From positions 1 to 64,000 of the forward strand of contig CAZFHY010000005.1 of NCBI GenBank assembly GCA_964519305.1: a stretch of 64,000 nucleotides of DNA, given 5' to 3'. This document shows positions 48,501 through 56,865 of this stretch, in pieces. This DNA is from Candidatus Undinarchaeota archaeon. Lineage in GTDB: Archaea; SpSt-1190; JASMDC01. A program made the translations under genes and the position numbers. A model generated the notes under the pieces. That model was not told the DNA's origin. It saw only the letters and a program-made list of their open reading frames with translations, and made no database searches. How positions within the stretch are numbered: position 1 is the first letter of the stretch; every line of letters begins with the position of its first letter.

Positions 48501-49655
48501 GATGCATGCATTCTCGATGGCCGGGGCACCGGGAGGCGGTCCTAGAGCCGGTGGATCACCGGACTCGACGAGATAGCACTGGGTCTCGGGTGCAACAATT
48601 TCCGGTAGCGGATCGCAGGTGATAGGGTCGCCGTACGCAGCGGGCATCACGCACCTGCGAGTCTCGCCAACAGCGAATCGCGCGTTATCTACATCGTTGA
48701 TGCAGCGTGAGCACTGGATGGATCCGCCGTCCTGCGAACCGCACTGGAAGGTAGTCTGTCCTTCGGCGAGCTCGGGGAGGCAGTCGCCCGATTCCGCTGA
48801 TTCGTCACAAGTAGCCTGACCGTCCTGCCTCGTGCAACCCGAGGTCACGATACTACCATCGCTCTCGCAGAACTCACAGTTGATGTCTTCGGCGTTAGTT
48901 GCGTCACATGCCGCTTCCAGCGGTGCGTTCCCGGAGTAGCATGAGTCGGTGGATTGCTGGCACTTGTGCAGGTTGCCATTGCACCGGGCCTGCACTGCTT
49001 CCACGCCTTCATCGACGCTGCACAGGTCACAGTAGACTATGTTGTTATCAACGTCCACCTGACAGGGATTCGCGTCCGGATTGCAGTCCTTCTGCAGCTC
49101 CCCGACCGCCGTGAATACCTTACCTGTGACATCGGACACCAGACAAGTGTCCGCCATCAGCTTGCCTGTCACGTCGCAGTAAAAGCAAAGCCGCTTGTCC
49201 TCGTCCCCGCCGCTACAGGCCACGGCCGCGTCAACGGGGCCGGTGTAGTACTGCACCTGGTCCTCGATGCACTGGCGGGCCTGAGCATCGCACCTGCGCC
49301 GCTGGACAGCACCTGTATCCAGGCACGCCTCCTCGCAGTAGGCGCTCCCAGTGCCCGAGTCCCGCTTGCACGATTCCGCGAATCCGCAGTCGGTCGTGAC
49401 GGGTGGTGAACAGCCACACGTGCCATCACCCTCGTTTATGACACAATCCCATTCATTGAGGACACCGTCCAGCGTGCATCCCGCACAGGTGATCGGTGGG
49501 CCGACGTCGTAGTCACAGGTTACGGGATTACCGTCGACCAGCTGGATAGTGTTCCCCTGACCGAGAACGCATGCCGCGCTGGCAGGTGTGAGGATAATCA
49601 GAAATAGTAGAAGTAGGGTGATGACTGGCGAATCTCGCACGCCATCACCCTTCAT
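45519..49655 (-). CDS. 1378-aa secreted Cys/Asp-rich protein (putative pilus-associated adhesin)
   Basis: Sec signal ITLLLLFLIILTPASA|A, very high Cys density, DDDGDGRIDED Ca-binding-like motif, poly-E tail, no C-terminal TM; start may be GTG 49640. Confidence 0.82.
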   Translation of the reverse strand: MKGDGVRDSPVITLLLLFLIILTPASAACVLGQGNTIQLVDGNPVTCDYDVGPPITCAGCTLDGVLNEWDCVINEGDGTCGCSPPVTTDCGFAESCKRDSGTGSAYCEEACLDTGAVQRRRCDAQARQCIEDQVQYYTGPVDAAVACSGGDEDKRLCFYCDVTGKLMADTCLVSDVTGKVFTAVGELQKDCNPDANPCQVDVDNNIVYCDLCSVDEGVEAVQARCNGNLHKCQQSTDSCYSGNAPLEAACDATNAEDINCEFCESDGSIVTSGCTRQDGQATCDESAESGDCLPELAEGQTTFQCGSQDGGSIQCSRCINDVDNARFAVGETRRCVMPAAYGDPITCDPLPEIVAPETQCYLVESGDPPALGPPPGAPAIENACIEDLEGENGGITCQYCSISGVARDARCDVEMASGSVVCSDEPLPLPEDLEVEDECLEDAQWHYACNDPDNDPDDLDECRVMLDAEGADTFSKNCDRCRLDAEENSVWRVQRCNYDADAHTATCDRQDVGCGGFSRCSWNSSLDAYTDPDHLRLLQFTCADPDPRCILADTEAVEDRETCESAPYDGQWDAGFLHCVVPGIIVEDDCAGLAFDVEWFGDPLPMCLPDTTLTQNIADVFGPADTDYFGDEPGGTAEVFDPGVDEIFATDDGDNGLYDGTEEVLSDGANGVQDTLAGTAIFPLYDEDPDNDVDDDGDGRIDEDPPGFGWNDDRDYRYHYCMGGAWYSCVHPQEFEDVTLQVLADAGGDPLDPTYRAQKESYYVNLNATLIAEEIDDGLPGEDGQCCATEFLETLEIVTRTILGTDEDELPRVYACQETDLPYVIRAPYSDEMNAMAPDPVNDPWAPDSIDDSLFQQELAERWGDEGNRTHQCDGSSMCIDLDLGMCCPGSEADHCKFCRVFSLTDDLDDPNADCVATDCFDPDCPGSDCPDTQCRDLDDLADNCFQGCTHALFLPAEDCDETAICEGHMVQPPPFSCCDSVGVEGCSYPDLTDFDVYFGADASYPCNSWGNLAIRSEIRLKCEHMSAQWTGVAVKEFDVTNTNSFQLTATITSEPAIDRDYHSFIAVYDGDVVCDNGDRDICTEDGVSLSLTDGWFPNAIDYCNVELDQASRDCDLTIDTSALSKVTILYALGDGWDLVFDDLTGTVSDLMICSDDPDAPTSELPANDCCYWLADQYATAINDGSFPTPYYCLNPEEPDPTAGVNTHWCALGKRAGSECNNVKECATFATLPGHGDCEENVCLGRDLDVFFNDLITYPAPDEDDQCEITENLAQCGIDQDNYLLRALYPPMTQAELECSYEDGENSFAPLADLAISMRENMETYCTVREPISTSLCNNFFNSIGFTSCLTPVDPPPTLEELDSALIVPIPEEEEEEE

Positions 49656-49668
49656 ACGTACAGCCCGA

Positions 49669-50259
49669 TCAACACGACGGCATACGCTGGGCGGCAGCAT
49701 TACCCATGATGATGTTCGGTCTGCCTCCCGTGTAGTCGAAGGAGATGTACAACGTGGTACACTGGGGACCCATAGTGCCGCCGGAGTCATGGGCGTGGCA
49801 CTCTCCATCCTGGAGGTTCGTGTAGTCGTCGGCAATATTATCCGGCTCCGTCTGGGTCTGGATCTGGAATCCTAGGGTCTCGGCACCGTCGGCAGCTATC
49901 TTACCGGCCAGGCCGTTGGGCGGGTCACCGCCACCCTGATCGAACAGGTCGTCGTCGCAGGAAGTGGGCATAGGGATCGTGAAGCAGGTGAAATCCCTAC
50001 CCAGCCCCTTACCGCGTGCCACGCACTGCCGGATGGCCCGGTCAATATCATCCGCGCACCCGAAGGCCGGGTCCACAGCGTACTGCTCGGACTGGGGCAG
50101 TGAACGGAGGCAGAGCCACCGCTTCATCTGGAACGCGACGAAGGCCGCGATCGCTAGACCTGCAGTTGCGATAATGAGGTACTCGAGCGGGATGGCACCA
50201 CGCTCATCGCTGGCCATCCTCCTGAGAAGCAACTTCTTGTTCAATTTGTACTTTCTCAT
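49669..50259 (-). CDS. Class III signal peptide pilin, first gene of the operon (candidate major pilin)
   Basis: DERG|AIPLEYLIIATAGLAIAAFVAF (Glu +5); small Cys-containing globular domain; start may be ATG 50217. Confidence 0.8.
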   Translation of the reverse strand: MRKYKLNKKLLLRRMASDERGAIPLEYLIIATAGLAIAAFVAFQMKRWLCLRSLPQSEQYAVDPAFGCADDIDRAIRQCVARGKGLGRDFTCFTIPMPTSCDDDLFDQGGGDPPNGLAGKIAADGAETLGFQIQTQTEPDNIADDYTNLQDGECHAHDSGGTMGPQCTTLYISFDYTGGRPNIIMGNAAAQRMPSC

Positions 50260-50295
50260 ACGTATTTTAAGACACGTATGCTTTTTATCTGTTAC

Positions 50296-51786
50296 GTGAC
50301 ATCCTCCCAAGGCTATAGTCTTGGGCTTCCAGCAGCGGCCACACGTGTGTGTGGACGACCGCGTATAGTTCCTGCTTCCGCGACCTCACTTACCCCTGCC
50401 TCAGTAGCGGGAGTAGAGGTGTGATCTCCACAGGCGTAACTTCGGGCTCGTCCAGCCCTAGCTCTCCTAAGTATATTCCGTGCAGCGTTCACGTCCCGAT
50501 GCGCCTCGAATCCACAGTGCGGGCATCGATGAACACGAACGCTCAATCTCTTGGGGACTAAGTTCCCGCACCGACTGCACATCTGCGACGTGTTTCTCGG
50601 GTCCGCCTCGAACAGCTCCGCCCCGGCCGTTACAGCCTTGTAACGGAGCATTCTGATGAAGGTATCCCACGATGCGTCCTGTATGTGCTTGGCGAGACTG
50701 TGGTTCTTGAGCATGTTGGATTCATTGAGCTTTTCGACGGCTATGGTACCGTATCGGTCGACGAGCGCCCGACTCGTCCGATGTAGAAAATCACGCCTCT
50801 GGTCGGCGACATGAGCGTGATGTTGTGCGAGCCGGCGAACGGCGTTCCTCCGGTTCCGGAATCCCTTCTTCTTCCTAGATACCCTGCGCTGGAGCCGTTT
50901 CAACCGTTTCTCGCTCCTGAGCAGATGTCGCGGATTATCGATGACGGTGCCGTCGGACAGCGTAGCGAAGTGCTCGATACCTACATCGATACCGATCTCG
51001 ACATTGTTCGGTGTACCCACAACCTCATTGACCTCGCACGAGAAGCATGCGAACCACCGGCCGGCCCGGTCACGCTTGATGGTGAGCGTCTTGATCTTCC
51101 CCCGGGGTACGCGATGGAGAACGATTGGAATGTTGCCGATTCTGGAGACATGGAGCCGGGTCTCGCTCCTGAACCTGAATCCATATTGCGGGTAGGTGAT
51201 GCTTGTAACACGGTTCTTGACGCGAGGGAAGCCAACCTTCACCTGCTTACCCGCCTTCCTCTCCTTCACCCTCCGGAAGAAGTGTTGATACGCCTTGGCG
51301 AGCCTGTCGGCGACGTTCTGGAGCGCTTGTGAGTAGACGGCGTTGAACCTCGGCTCATTATCCTTGATCACCTTGATGATATGGCAGAGATCGGCCTTCC
51401 TATTGATTGAAGTGCAACTCGTCCTATACTCCTCCCGACACCGTCCTAGGAGAGTGTTATACATCTCCCGACAGAGCGAGAGATGATTGTCGAGCCTGAC
51501 TAGCTGCTTCCGGGAGGGATAAAGACGGTACTTAAACGTCCGCAGGATCGGACGAGCGTTCTGGAAAACGGACCGTGACATCTTTGCATGACTCAGATTT
51601 TCGGTGTCCTGCGTCACCTGCGCACACTCCCAAAGAATAGTAGATTGCGCTTCAACATAAACAAAGGGTGAGTGGCAGACCGGTATTCATGTGGTCCTTC
51701 TACCTGACTAGGTTAAACCACCCACGGGCGGATACTGCCTTCATCCCACTCACGAATGAAGGTGGGCTTTCTGCTCCAAAGCCGTT
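50296..51786 (-). mobile_element. IS200/IS605-family element carrying tnpB only (IS1341-like)
   Basis: Minus strand: TTAC target (51790-51787), AAAG guide before the left-end hairpin GCCCACC...GTGGG; right end GAAG-CCCAAG..CTTGGG-AGGATG-TCAC ending at 50296. Confidence 0.8.
50313..51617 (-). CDS. tnpB: RNA-guided endonuclease TnpB
   Basis: FKYRLYP HTH, RuvC I GIDVG, RuvC II AVEKL, Zn finger CSRCG...CPHCG, RuvC III HRDVNAARNI. Confidence 0.95.
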   Translation of the reverse strand: MTQDTENLSHAKMSRSVFQNARPILRTFKYRLYPSRKQLVRLDNHLSLCREMYNTLLGRCREEYRTSCTSINRKADLCHIIKVIKDNEPRFNAVYSQALQNVADRLAKAYQHFFRRVKERKAGKQVKVGFPRVKNRVTSITYPQYGFRFRSETRLHVSRIGNIPIVLHRVPRGKIKTLTIKRDRAGRWFACFSCEVNEVVGTPNNVEIGIDVGIEHFATLSDGTVIDNPRHLLRSEKRLKRLQRRVSRKKKGFRNRRNAVRRLAQHHAHVADQRRDFLHRTSRALVDRYGTIAVEKLNESNMLKNHSLAKHIQDASWDTFIRMLRYKAVTAGAELFEADPRNTSQMCSRCGNLVPKRLSVRVHRCPHCGFEAHRDVNAARNILRRARAGRARSYACGDHTSTPATEAGVSEVAEAGTIRGRPHTRVAAAGSPRL

Positions 51787-51961
51787 GTAAGGCGCTGCGC
51801 CCCGATCAATCGAAGGCGGGAGAGCTTATACTAGTGCAAAGGTCCGTGCCCAGCGCAGGATAGAGCTCTAGTGATGCGCTCAAGGGTTCGTGTCCTGACT
51901 GGGCGAGGGGGAAGAGTCCCCCGACTGCTCGGGGAGTTCGCCGATAGGTCGATCCGAACGC

Positions 51962-52354
51962 TCAGCCCTGGACGATGCTCTGCAGGGCCTCCATCATATC
52001 CAGGGGCGACACATAACCCAGCACGTCCCCGGACGAGGAGTCGCAGACGACGACGGCCGAAGGCCGCACGCGGCGGATGTCCTGGTCCACGTTCTTGATG
52101 TCTGTCTCAGGGTTGACCTTGACGACGTTCTCGTCCATGATGTCCTGTGCGGTGGCGACCGTGGGGTCCTTTGCCTCGACGACCGTCTTTGCGACGATGA
52201 TGTCCATCGTTATGGCACCCACGATTTCCTTACCGGCCCTCACGAGGGCGGTACCGTAGTAGCCCTGGAGCAGCCGCTTGGCCACCTGCTGCACGGTCTC
52301 GTCGGGTCCGACGATGATATATTCGTCATCCACCTTAAGGTCAGATACTAACAT
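51962..52354 (-). CDS. CBS domain pair protein
   Basis: VGPDETV...VGAIT..DI; DIMDENVVKVNPETD...LGYVS..D. Confidence 0.88.
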   Translation of the reverse strand: MLVSDLKVDDEYIIVGPDETVQQVAKRLLQGYYGTALVRAGKEIVGAITMDIIVAKTVVEAKDPTVATAQDIMDENVVKVNPETDIKNVDQDIRRVRPSAVVVCDSSSGDVLGYVSPLDMMEALQSIVQG

Positions 52355-52424
52355 AGCGCATCACTTACCAGCCGGCGATACACGTTGAGTTTTAAAAAAG
52401 TTTAGCATGGGATGCGGCCCGAAC

Positions 52425-52886
52425 TCAGATGGTCTGGTTGCGTCGCACCTCGTAGAGGATGATGGCCGCAAGCCCGATCTCCGAGAGGCCTTTGGTCGAC
52501 GGTAGATGGACGGACACACCGCTCTCGGCCTGGCCTTTGAGCCCGGGCGGATCAACGCCACTGAACACGAACATGACCTCTCCTTCGCCCTTGAGCTCAC
52601 CAGCAATTGCCTCCGTATCGATCTCTGTGCTCCCCTTCGTATGCTCGATGAGGTAGGCCTTGTCGGGACCGAAGAGGTTAACGGCCTCGAGGAGCTCGTC
52701 GACGACCATCACCGTTCGCCCCTCCGTCCATGCAAGATGCTGGACCTCTTTCACACCGCGTGTCTTGGCGTCGGTCATGGCTCGTGAGATTATGAGGATG
52801 TCCACGTTGAAAGCAAAGACCGTCTTTGCGAACTCCTCAAGCTTTCGGGCGTTGGCCACGTCATGGTAGACGACGATGAGGGTCAA
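52425..52886 (-). CDS. DUF2122 family (SPOUT-like; often labelled RecB-family nuclease) archaeal protein
   Basis: VVYHDV..ARKL.EFAK.VF, GV.EV, EL.EAVNLFGPDKAYLI, FSG.D, IG.AAIILY. Confidence 0.7.
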   Translation of the reverse strand: MTLIVVYHDVANARKLEEFAKTVFAFNVDILIISRAMTDAKTRGVKEVQHLAWTEGRTVMVVDELLEAVNLFGPDKAYLIEHTKGSTEIDTEAIAGELKGEGEVMFVFSGVDPPGLKGQAESGVSVHLPSTKGLSEIGLAAIILYEVRRNQTI

Positions 52887-52910
52887 TGACCATCCATGTG
52901 CTGCCCAAGG

Positions 52911-52916
52911 TATAAA
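52911..52916 (+). promoter_or_regulatory. Putative TATA box for the DUF2877-fdrA-DUF1116 operon
   Basis: TATAAA about 28-33 nt upstream of ATG 52944. Confidence 0.5.
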
Positions 52917-52943
52917 TCTTCATCAGTGAACGGAAGGATGTGT

Positions 52944-53840
52944 ATGGCGGAGGACGTGGAGAGGATATCGATCAAGCTCCTTTCTGCGGGCGAGTCCGCA
53001 CTGCGCGCCGTGAACGGGCTCAAGGGGACCGGTCGTGTGGTGGCCGTGTTCCGCCGGGCCGTGCACCTTGAACTGCCTCCTGCTCATCTGGCCGCTGTGT
53101 GCGTGCGGGATGTATCACCGGCCCCTCTCAACCTTGTGGCCGACCTCGATGACATGACGGACCTCAGTACTATCGTTGCCCTGGACGACACGGTGCGTCT
53201 GGAAGGGACATCGCTATTGGTCGGTGAGCTAAGGTTCGGATTGGAGAGTGCTCCGGTGTGGCGATCCCTTCCCCCTCCGTCGGCTATCGACTGGCAGGGC
53301 CTTCTGGGACGCGCGCACCACTGTGCGTCGGTGGCCGCGGGTGTGCGGGAGGGGCTCGGTCCCTTGACGTGCGCAATTATCAACGGGGAGAAGCCCGACG
53401 TGCTCGATACGCTCACCCGGACGGCCCATGGACCTGTCCTGCTCCTGAGGGAAGGGGTGCTGACCAAGGATACTACGCTCGTATGCCAGGGTGCCCGGCA
53501 GCTGGTCGGCCTAGGGCCGGGGCTCACACCATCGGGCGACGATCTGTTGGTGGGGATGCTGGCTGTTCTCTCGCTAGCTGGTGATACGTGGGTCGGCGAG
53601 GCCGTGGCACCCGCGGTTCGTGACACGCCCGATTTCTCCCGGGCCGTGCTACTGGAAGCGTGCAGAGGCGGATTCGCAGCGGACGTGGACGCGCTGGTAC
53701 GTGCGCTCCTCGCGGGCGAGACTGACGAAGTAGATGCCGCGTCGGGAGAGCTTCTTGAACAGGGGGCCACATCGGGCTCCGACCTCTGTGCGGGGGCCGC
53801 ACTCGGGGCCGTGCTCGCGGCGGCCCGCCATAACACATAA
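52944..53840 (+). CDS. DUF2877 (YlbF/AllH-like) protein
   Basis: LVGLGPGLTPSGDD.LVG and GATSGSD motifs. Confidence 0.88.
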   Translation: MAEDVERISIKLLSAGESALRAVNGLKGTGRVVAVFRRAVHLELPPAHLAAVCVRDVSPAPLNLVADLDDMTDLSTIVALDDTVRLEGTSLLVGELRFGLESAPVWRSLPPPSAIDWQGLLGRAHHCASVAAGVREGLGPLTCAIINGEKPDVLDTLTRTAHGPVLLLREGVLTKDTTLVCQGARQLVGLGPGLTPSGDDLLVGMLAVLSLAGDTWVGEAVAPAVRDTPDFSRAVLLEACRGGFAADVDALVRALLAGETDEVDAASGELLEQGATSGSDLCAGAALGAVLAAARHNT

Positions 53841-53878
53841 ATCATTTCAGCAGCTCCCCCCGACGTTCCGTGATCACC

Positions 53879-55456
53879 ATGGTCGTACGCGCTATCATCC
53901 AGAAGAACGCCTACCGCGATTCCGTGTTCCTAATGAACCTCTCCCGCCGTCTGGGGGAGATGGACGGGGTAGGGAAGGCACACGCCCTCATGGGCACACC
54001 AACTAACATCCGGCTGCTCAAAGAGGACGGCCTCCTTGTGCCCGAGCTGGAGGATGCAGGACCTAATGACCTTATCGTCGTTGTCGAGGCGGAGAGCGAC
54101 GACGTTGCGGACGCTGCCGTGAAGGCCGCGACAAGCACCGCAACGGCGCCCCGGGACGCAGGTGAACGAGCGTTCGCGTCCACCGTGGCCGCTCTGGAAG
54201 GATCTCCGGGCGCGAACCTTGCGCTCATCTCCATCCCCGGTCAATTTGTCCGCCGCGAGGCCATGCGTGTCCTGGACGAAGGACTGAACATATTCCTCTT
54301 CTCCGACAATGTATCTCTCGAGGACGAGGTCGCTCTCAAGCAACGGGCGAAGGAGAAAGGCCTTATCGTCATGGGCCCCGGCGCAGGGACGGCGATCGTC
54401 GGCGGTACCGCCGTCGCCTTCGCCAACAGCATCCGGCCCGGCCCTGTGGGGGTTGTTGGAGCGTCCGGTACCGGTATCCAGGAGATCACTGTCCAGCTCC
54501 ACCGCAGGGGCGGGGGCATCACTCATGCCATTGGGACGGGAGGTAGGGACCTCTATCGCGACGTGGGGGGCATCTCCTTCCTGACCGGGATGGACGCCCT
54601 CATCTCGGACAAGGACACCAGAGCGCTCGTGCTCGTGTCCAAGCCCGCCCATCCAGAGGTGGAGGCGCTGGTGCTCGAACGGGCAAAGGCAGCCAAAGCG
54701 GCCGGTAAGCCGGTCGTAGTCCACTTCATCGGCGGGGACCCTGCCGCTGTGGAGGATGCCGGGCTCGTGCCCGCAGCCACCCTGGAGGACGCGGCGGCCG
54801 CCGCCTTGGCCCTCCTCCGTGGTAAGGAGCCCTCACCCATCATATTCTCCGCTCCGCGAGATGAGATCCTGACCATGGCACGACAGGCCCAAGAGGGCCT
54901 AACCGATGGCCAGACCGATATCCGCGGCCTATACTCCGGTGGGACGCTGTGCGGCGAAACGCTCCTGGTTCTGGGGCCGGTCCTCGGCCCGGTCCGCTCC
55001 AATGCGACCAAGGACCCTGCACTCAAGATGACCGATCCCAATGTCAGCGAGGGTAATACCTGTGTGGACCTGGGCGAGGAGGAGTTCACCCAGGGACGCC
55101 CCCACCCCATGATAGACCATACGCTCCGCTGTCAACGCCTGGTGCAGGAAGCCCGCGATCCGGCCACGGCGGTCATACTCCTAGATGTCGTACTGGGGTA
55201 CGGTTCCTCCGAGGACCCGGCCGGCGCCCTCGTCCCTGCGATCCAAGATGCGAAAGCGATCGCCGCTGCCGAGGGACGGTCGCTGGTTATCGTTGCCTCT
55301 GTATGTGGTACCGACCTGGATCCCCAGGACCTGGACAATCAGGAGGCCACCCTCCGTGAGTCGGGTGTCGTGGTACTTCCCTCCAACGCACAGGCCGCGC
55401 GTATGGCAGCTCTAATCGTCACGCGCGGAGGGGCTGAGGACAAAATTTTCGGGTGA
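53879..55456 (+). CDS. fdrA: Acyl-CoA synthetase-like FdrA (AllF-like)
   Basis: YRDSVFLM, ALISIPG, FSDNV, MGPGAGT, ASGTGIQE, GTGGRDL, GRPHPMID, DVVLGYG. Confidence 0.92.
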   Translation: MVVRAIIQKNAYRDSVFLMNLSRRLGEMDGVGKAHALMGTPTNIRLLKEDGLLVPELEDAGPNDLIVVVEAESDDVADAAVKAATSTATAPRDAGERAFASTVAALEGSPGANLALISIPGQFVRREAMRVLDEGLNIFLFSDNVSLEDEVALKQRAKEKGLIVMGPGAGTAIVGGTAVAFANSIRPGPVGVVGASGTGIQEITVQLHRRGGGITHAIGTGGRDLYRDVGGISFLTGMDALISDKDTRALVLVSKPAHPEVEALVLERAKAAKAAGKPVVVHFIGGDPAAVEDAGLVPAATLEDAAAAALALLRGKEPSPIIFSAPRDEILTMARQAQEGLTDGQTDIRGLYSGGTLCGETLLVLGPVLGPVRSNATKDPALKMTDPNVSEGNTCVDLGEEEFTQGRPHPMIDHTLRCQRLVQEARDPATAVILLDVVLGYGSSEDPAGALVPAIQDAKAIAAAEGRSLVIVASVCGTDLDPQDLDNQEATLRESGVVVLPSNAQAARMAALIVTRGGAEDKIFG

Positions 55457-55461
55457 TTCTA

Positions 55462-56862
55462 ATGGACCTGCTGAACAATGACCTATCGGTGCTCAACATC
55501 GGCCTCAAAGGGTTCGCTTCGGACCTGAATGCCCAGGGAACTGCGGTCTCGCACGTTGACTGGCGCCCTCCCGCCGGGGGCGATCCTGCCCTCTTGGACG
55601 CGCTCGATGCGCTCCGGGGCGAGCAACTCGATGAAGCGAACCGCACGGCTGTGGAACGTCTTATGGCGGCTCAACCCACTCTCGTCGGTGTGGGGATCGC
55701 CCGGGACATCATCCCCGGGATGAACGACACCACCATCCTCCATGCGGGACCTCCCATCACATGGGACCGCATGTGCGGTCCGACACGCGGCGCCATCATG
55801 GGCGCGCTCGTGTACGAGGGGCTCGCCCAGGACTATGACGAGGCCGCACGGCTCGGTGCTTCAGGGGATATCACGTTCGATCCATGCCACCATCACAGTA
55901 CTGTTGGGCCCATGACGGGTGTCGTATCCCCCTCCATGCCCGTGTGGATCGTCGAGAACCGTGCAGAGGGCACGGGGAACCGGGCGTTCTGTACGCTCAA
56001 CGAGGGCCTGGGCAAGGTACTGCGTTTCGGCGCTTACGGCGATGATATCATCGCTCATCTCAAGTGGATGGAAGAAGTGCTGGGCCCAGGGCTAACAGAG
56101 ACCATGGAACTGGCGGAGCCCATAGACCTGGGCACGGTCATCTCCCAGGCACTCCAGATGGGTGACGAGTGCCACAATCGCAACAAGGCCGCGACTTCGC
56201 TACTGGTCCGCGCGCTCGCACCATCCCTCGCGGAGACTAATCTGCCCAAGTCCGACGTTGTGCGCATCCTACGGTTCATCGACTCGAACGACCATTTCTT
56301 CCTCAACATCTCCATGCCGGCATGCAAGTGCGCTACGGACGCGGCCCACGGTATCAAGGGTTCGTCTATGGTAACGGCGATGGCGAGGAACGGCACGGAC
56401 TTCGGCGTGCGCGTGTCCGGATGCGATGACGCCTGGTTCGTCGCTCCTGCCCCCGAGGTCAAGGGACTGTACTTCCCCGGCTACTCGGCCAAGGATGCAA
56501 ACCCTGACCTGGGCGACTCCACCATCACGGAGAGCGCTGGTATCGGAGGGTTCGCCATGGCCGCCGCTCCAGCCATAGTGCAGTTCGTGGGCGGTGTCGC
56601 CGAGGATTCACTGAGGTATACGCGGGAGATGCTCACTATCACTCTGGCCCAGAATCCAGATCACGCAATCCCGTCGCTGGACTTCGCCGGGAGCCCCACA
56701 GGCATCGACGTGTGCAAGGTAGTGGAGTCGGGCGTGGCGCCCTTCATCAACACAGGCATCGCGCATAAGGAACCCGGTATCGGCCAGGTAGGAGCCGGGA
56801 TCGTCCGCGCACCCATGGAGTGCTTCCATCAGGCGCTCAGGCATCTCGCAGGACGCGTATAG
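55462..56862 (+). CDS. DUF1116 (YlbE/YahG/AllG-like) protein
   Basis: WRPPAGG, LHAGPP, NEGLGKVLRFGA, MGDECHNRN, GDSTITE, INTGIAH. Confidence 0.9.
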   Translation: MDLLNNDLSVLNIGLKGFASDLNAQGTAVSHVDWRPPAGGDPALLDALDALRGEQLDEANRTAVERLMAAQPTLVGVGIARDIIPGMNDTTILHAGPPITWDRMCGPTRGAIMGALVYEGLAQDYDEAARLGASGDITFDPCHHHSTVGPMTGVVSPSMPVWIVENRAEGTGNRAFCTLNEGLGKVLRFGAYGDDIIAHLKWMEEVLGPGLTETMELAEPIDLGTVISQALQMGDECHNRNKAATSLLVRALAPSLAETNLPKSDVVRILRFIDSNDHFFLNISMPACKCATDAAHGIKGSSMVTAMARNGTDFGVRVSGCDDAWFVAPAPEVKGLYFPGYSAKDANPDLGDSTITESAGIGGFAMAAAPAIVQFVGGVAEDSLRYTREMLTITLAQNPDHAIPSLDFAGSPTGIDVCKVVESGVAPFINTGIAHKEPGIGQVGAGIVRAPMECFHQALRHLAGRV

Positions 56863-56865
56863 GTC

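Noticed and set aside
50313-51617. Nuclease-dead TldR-type repressor of pilin genes
   Set aside because: All three RuvC acidic residues are present and both IS ends are intact, consistent with an ordinary active TnpB
51900-51960. RNase P or SRP RNA
   Set aside because: GGCGAGGGGG resembles some archaeal RNase P 5' ends, but the GAGGAA..TCC core, the SRP helix 8 motif and the required 300 nt of space are absent
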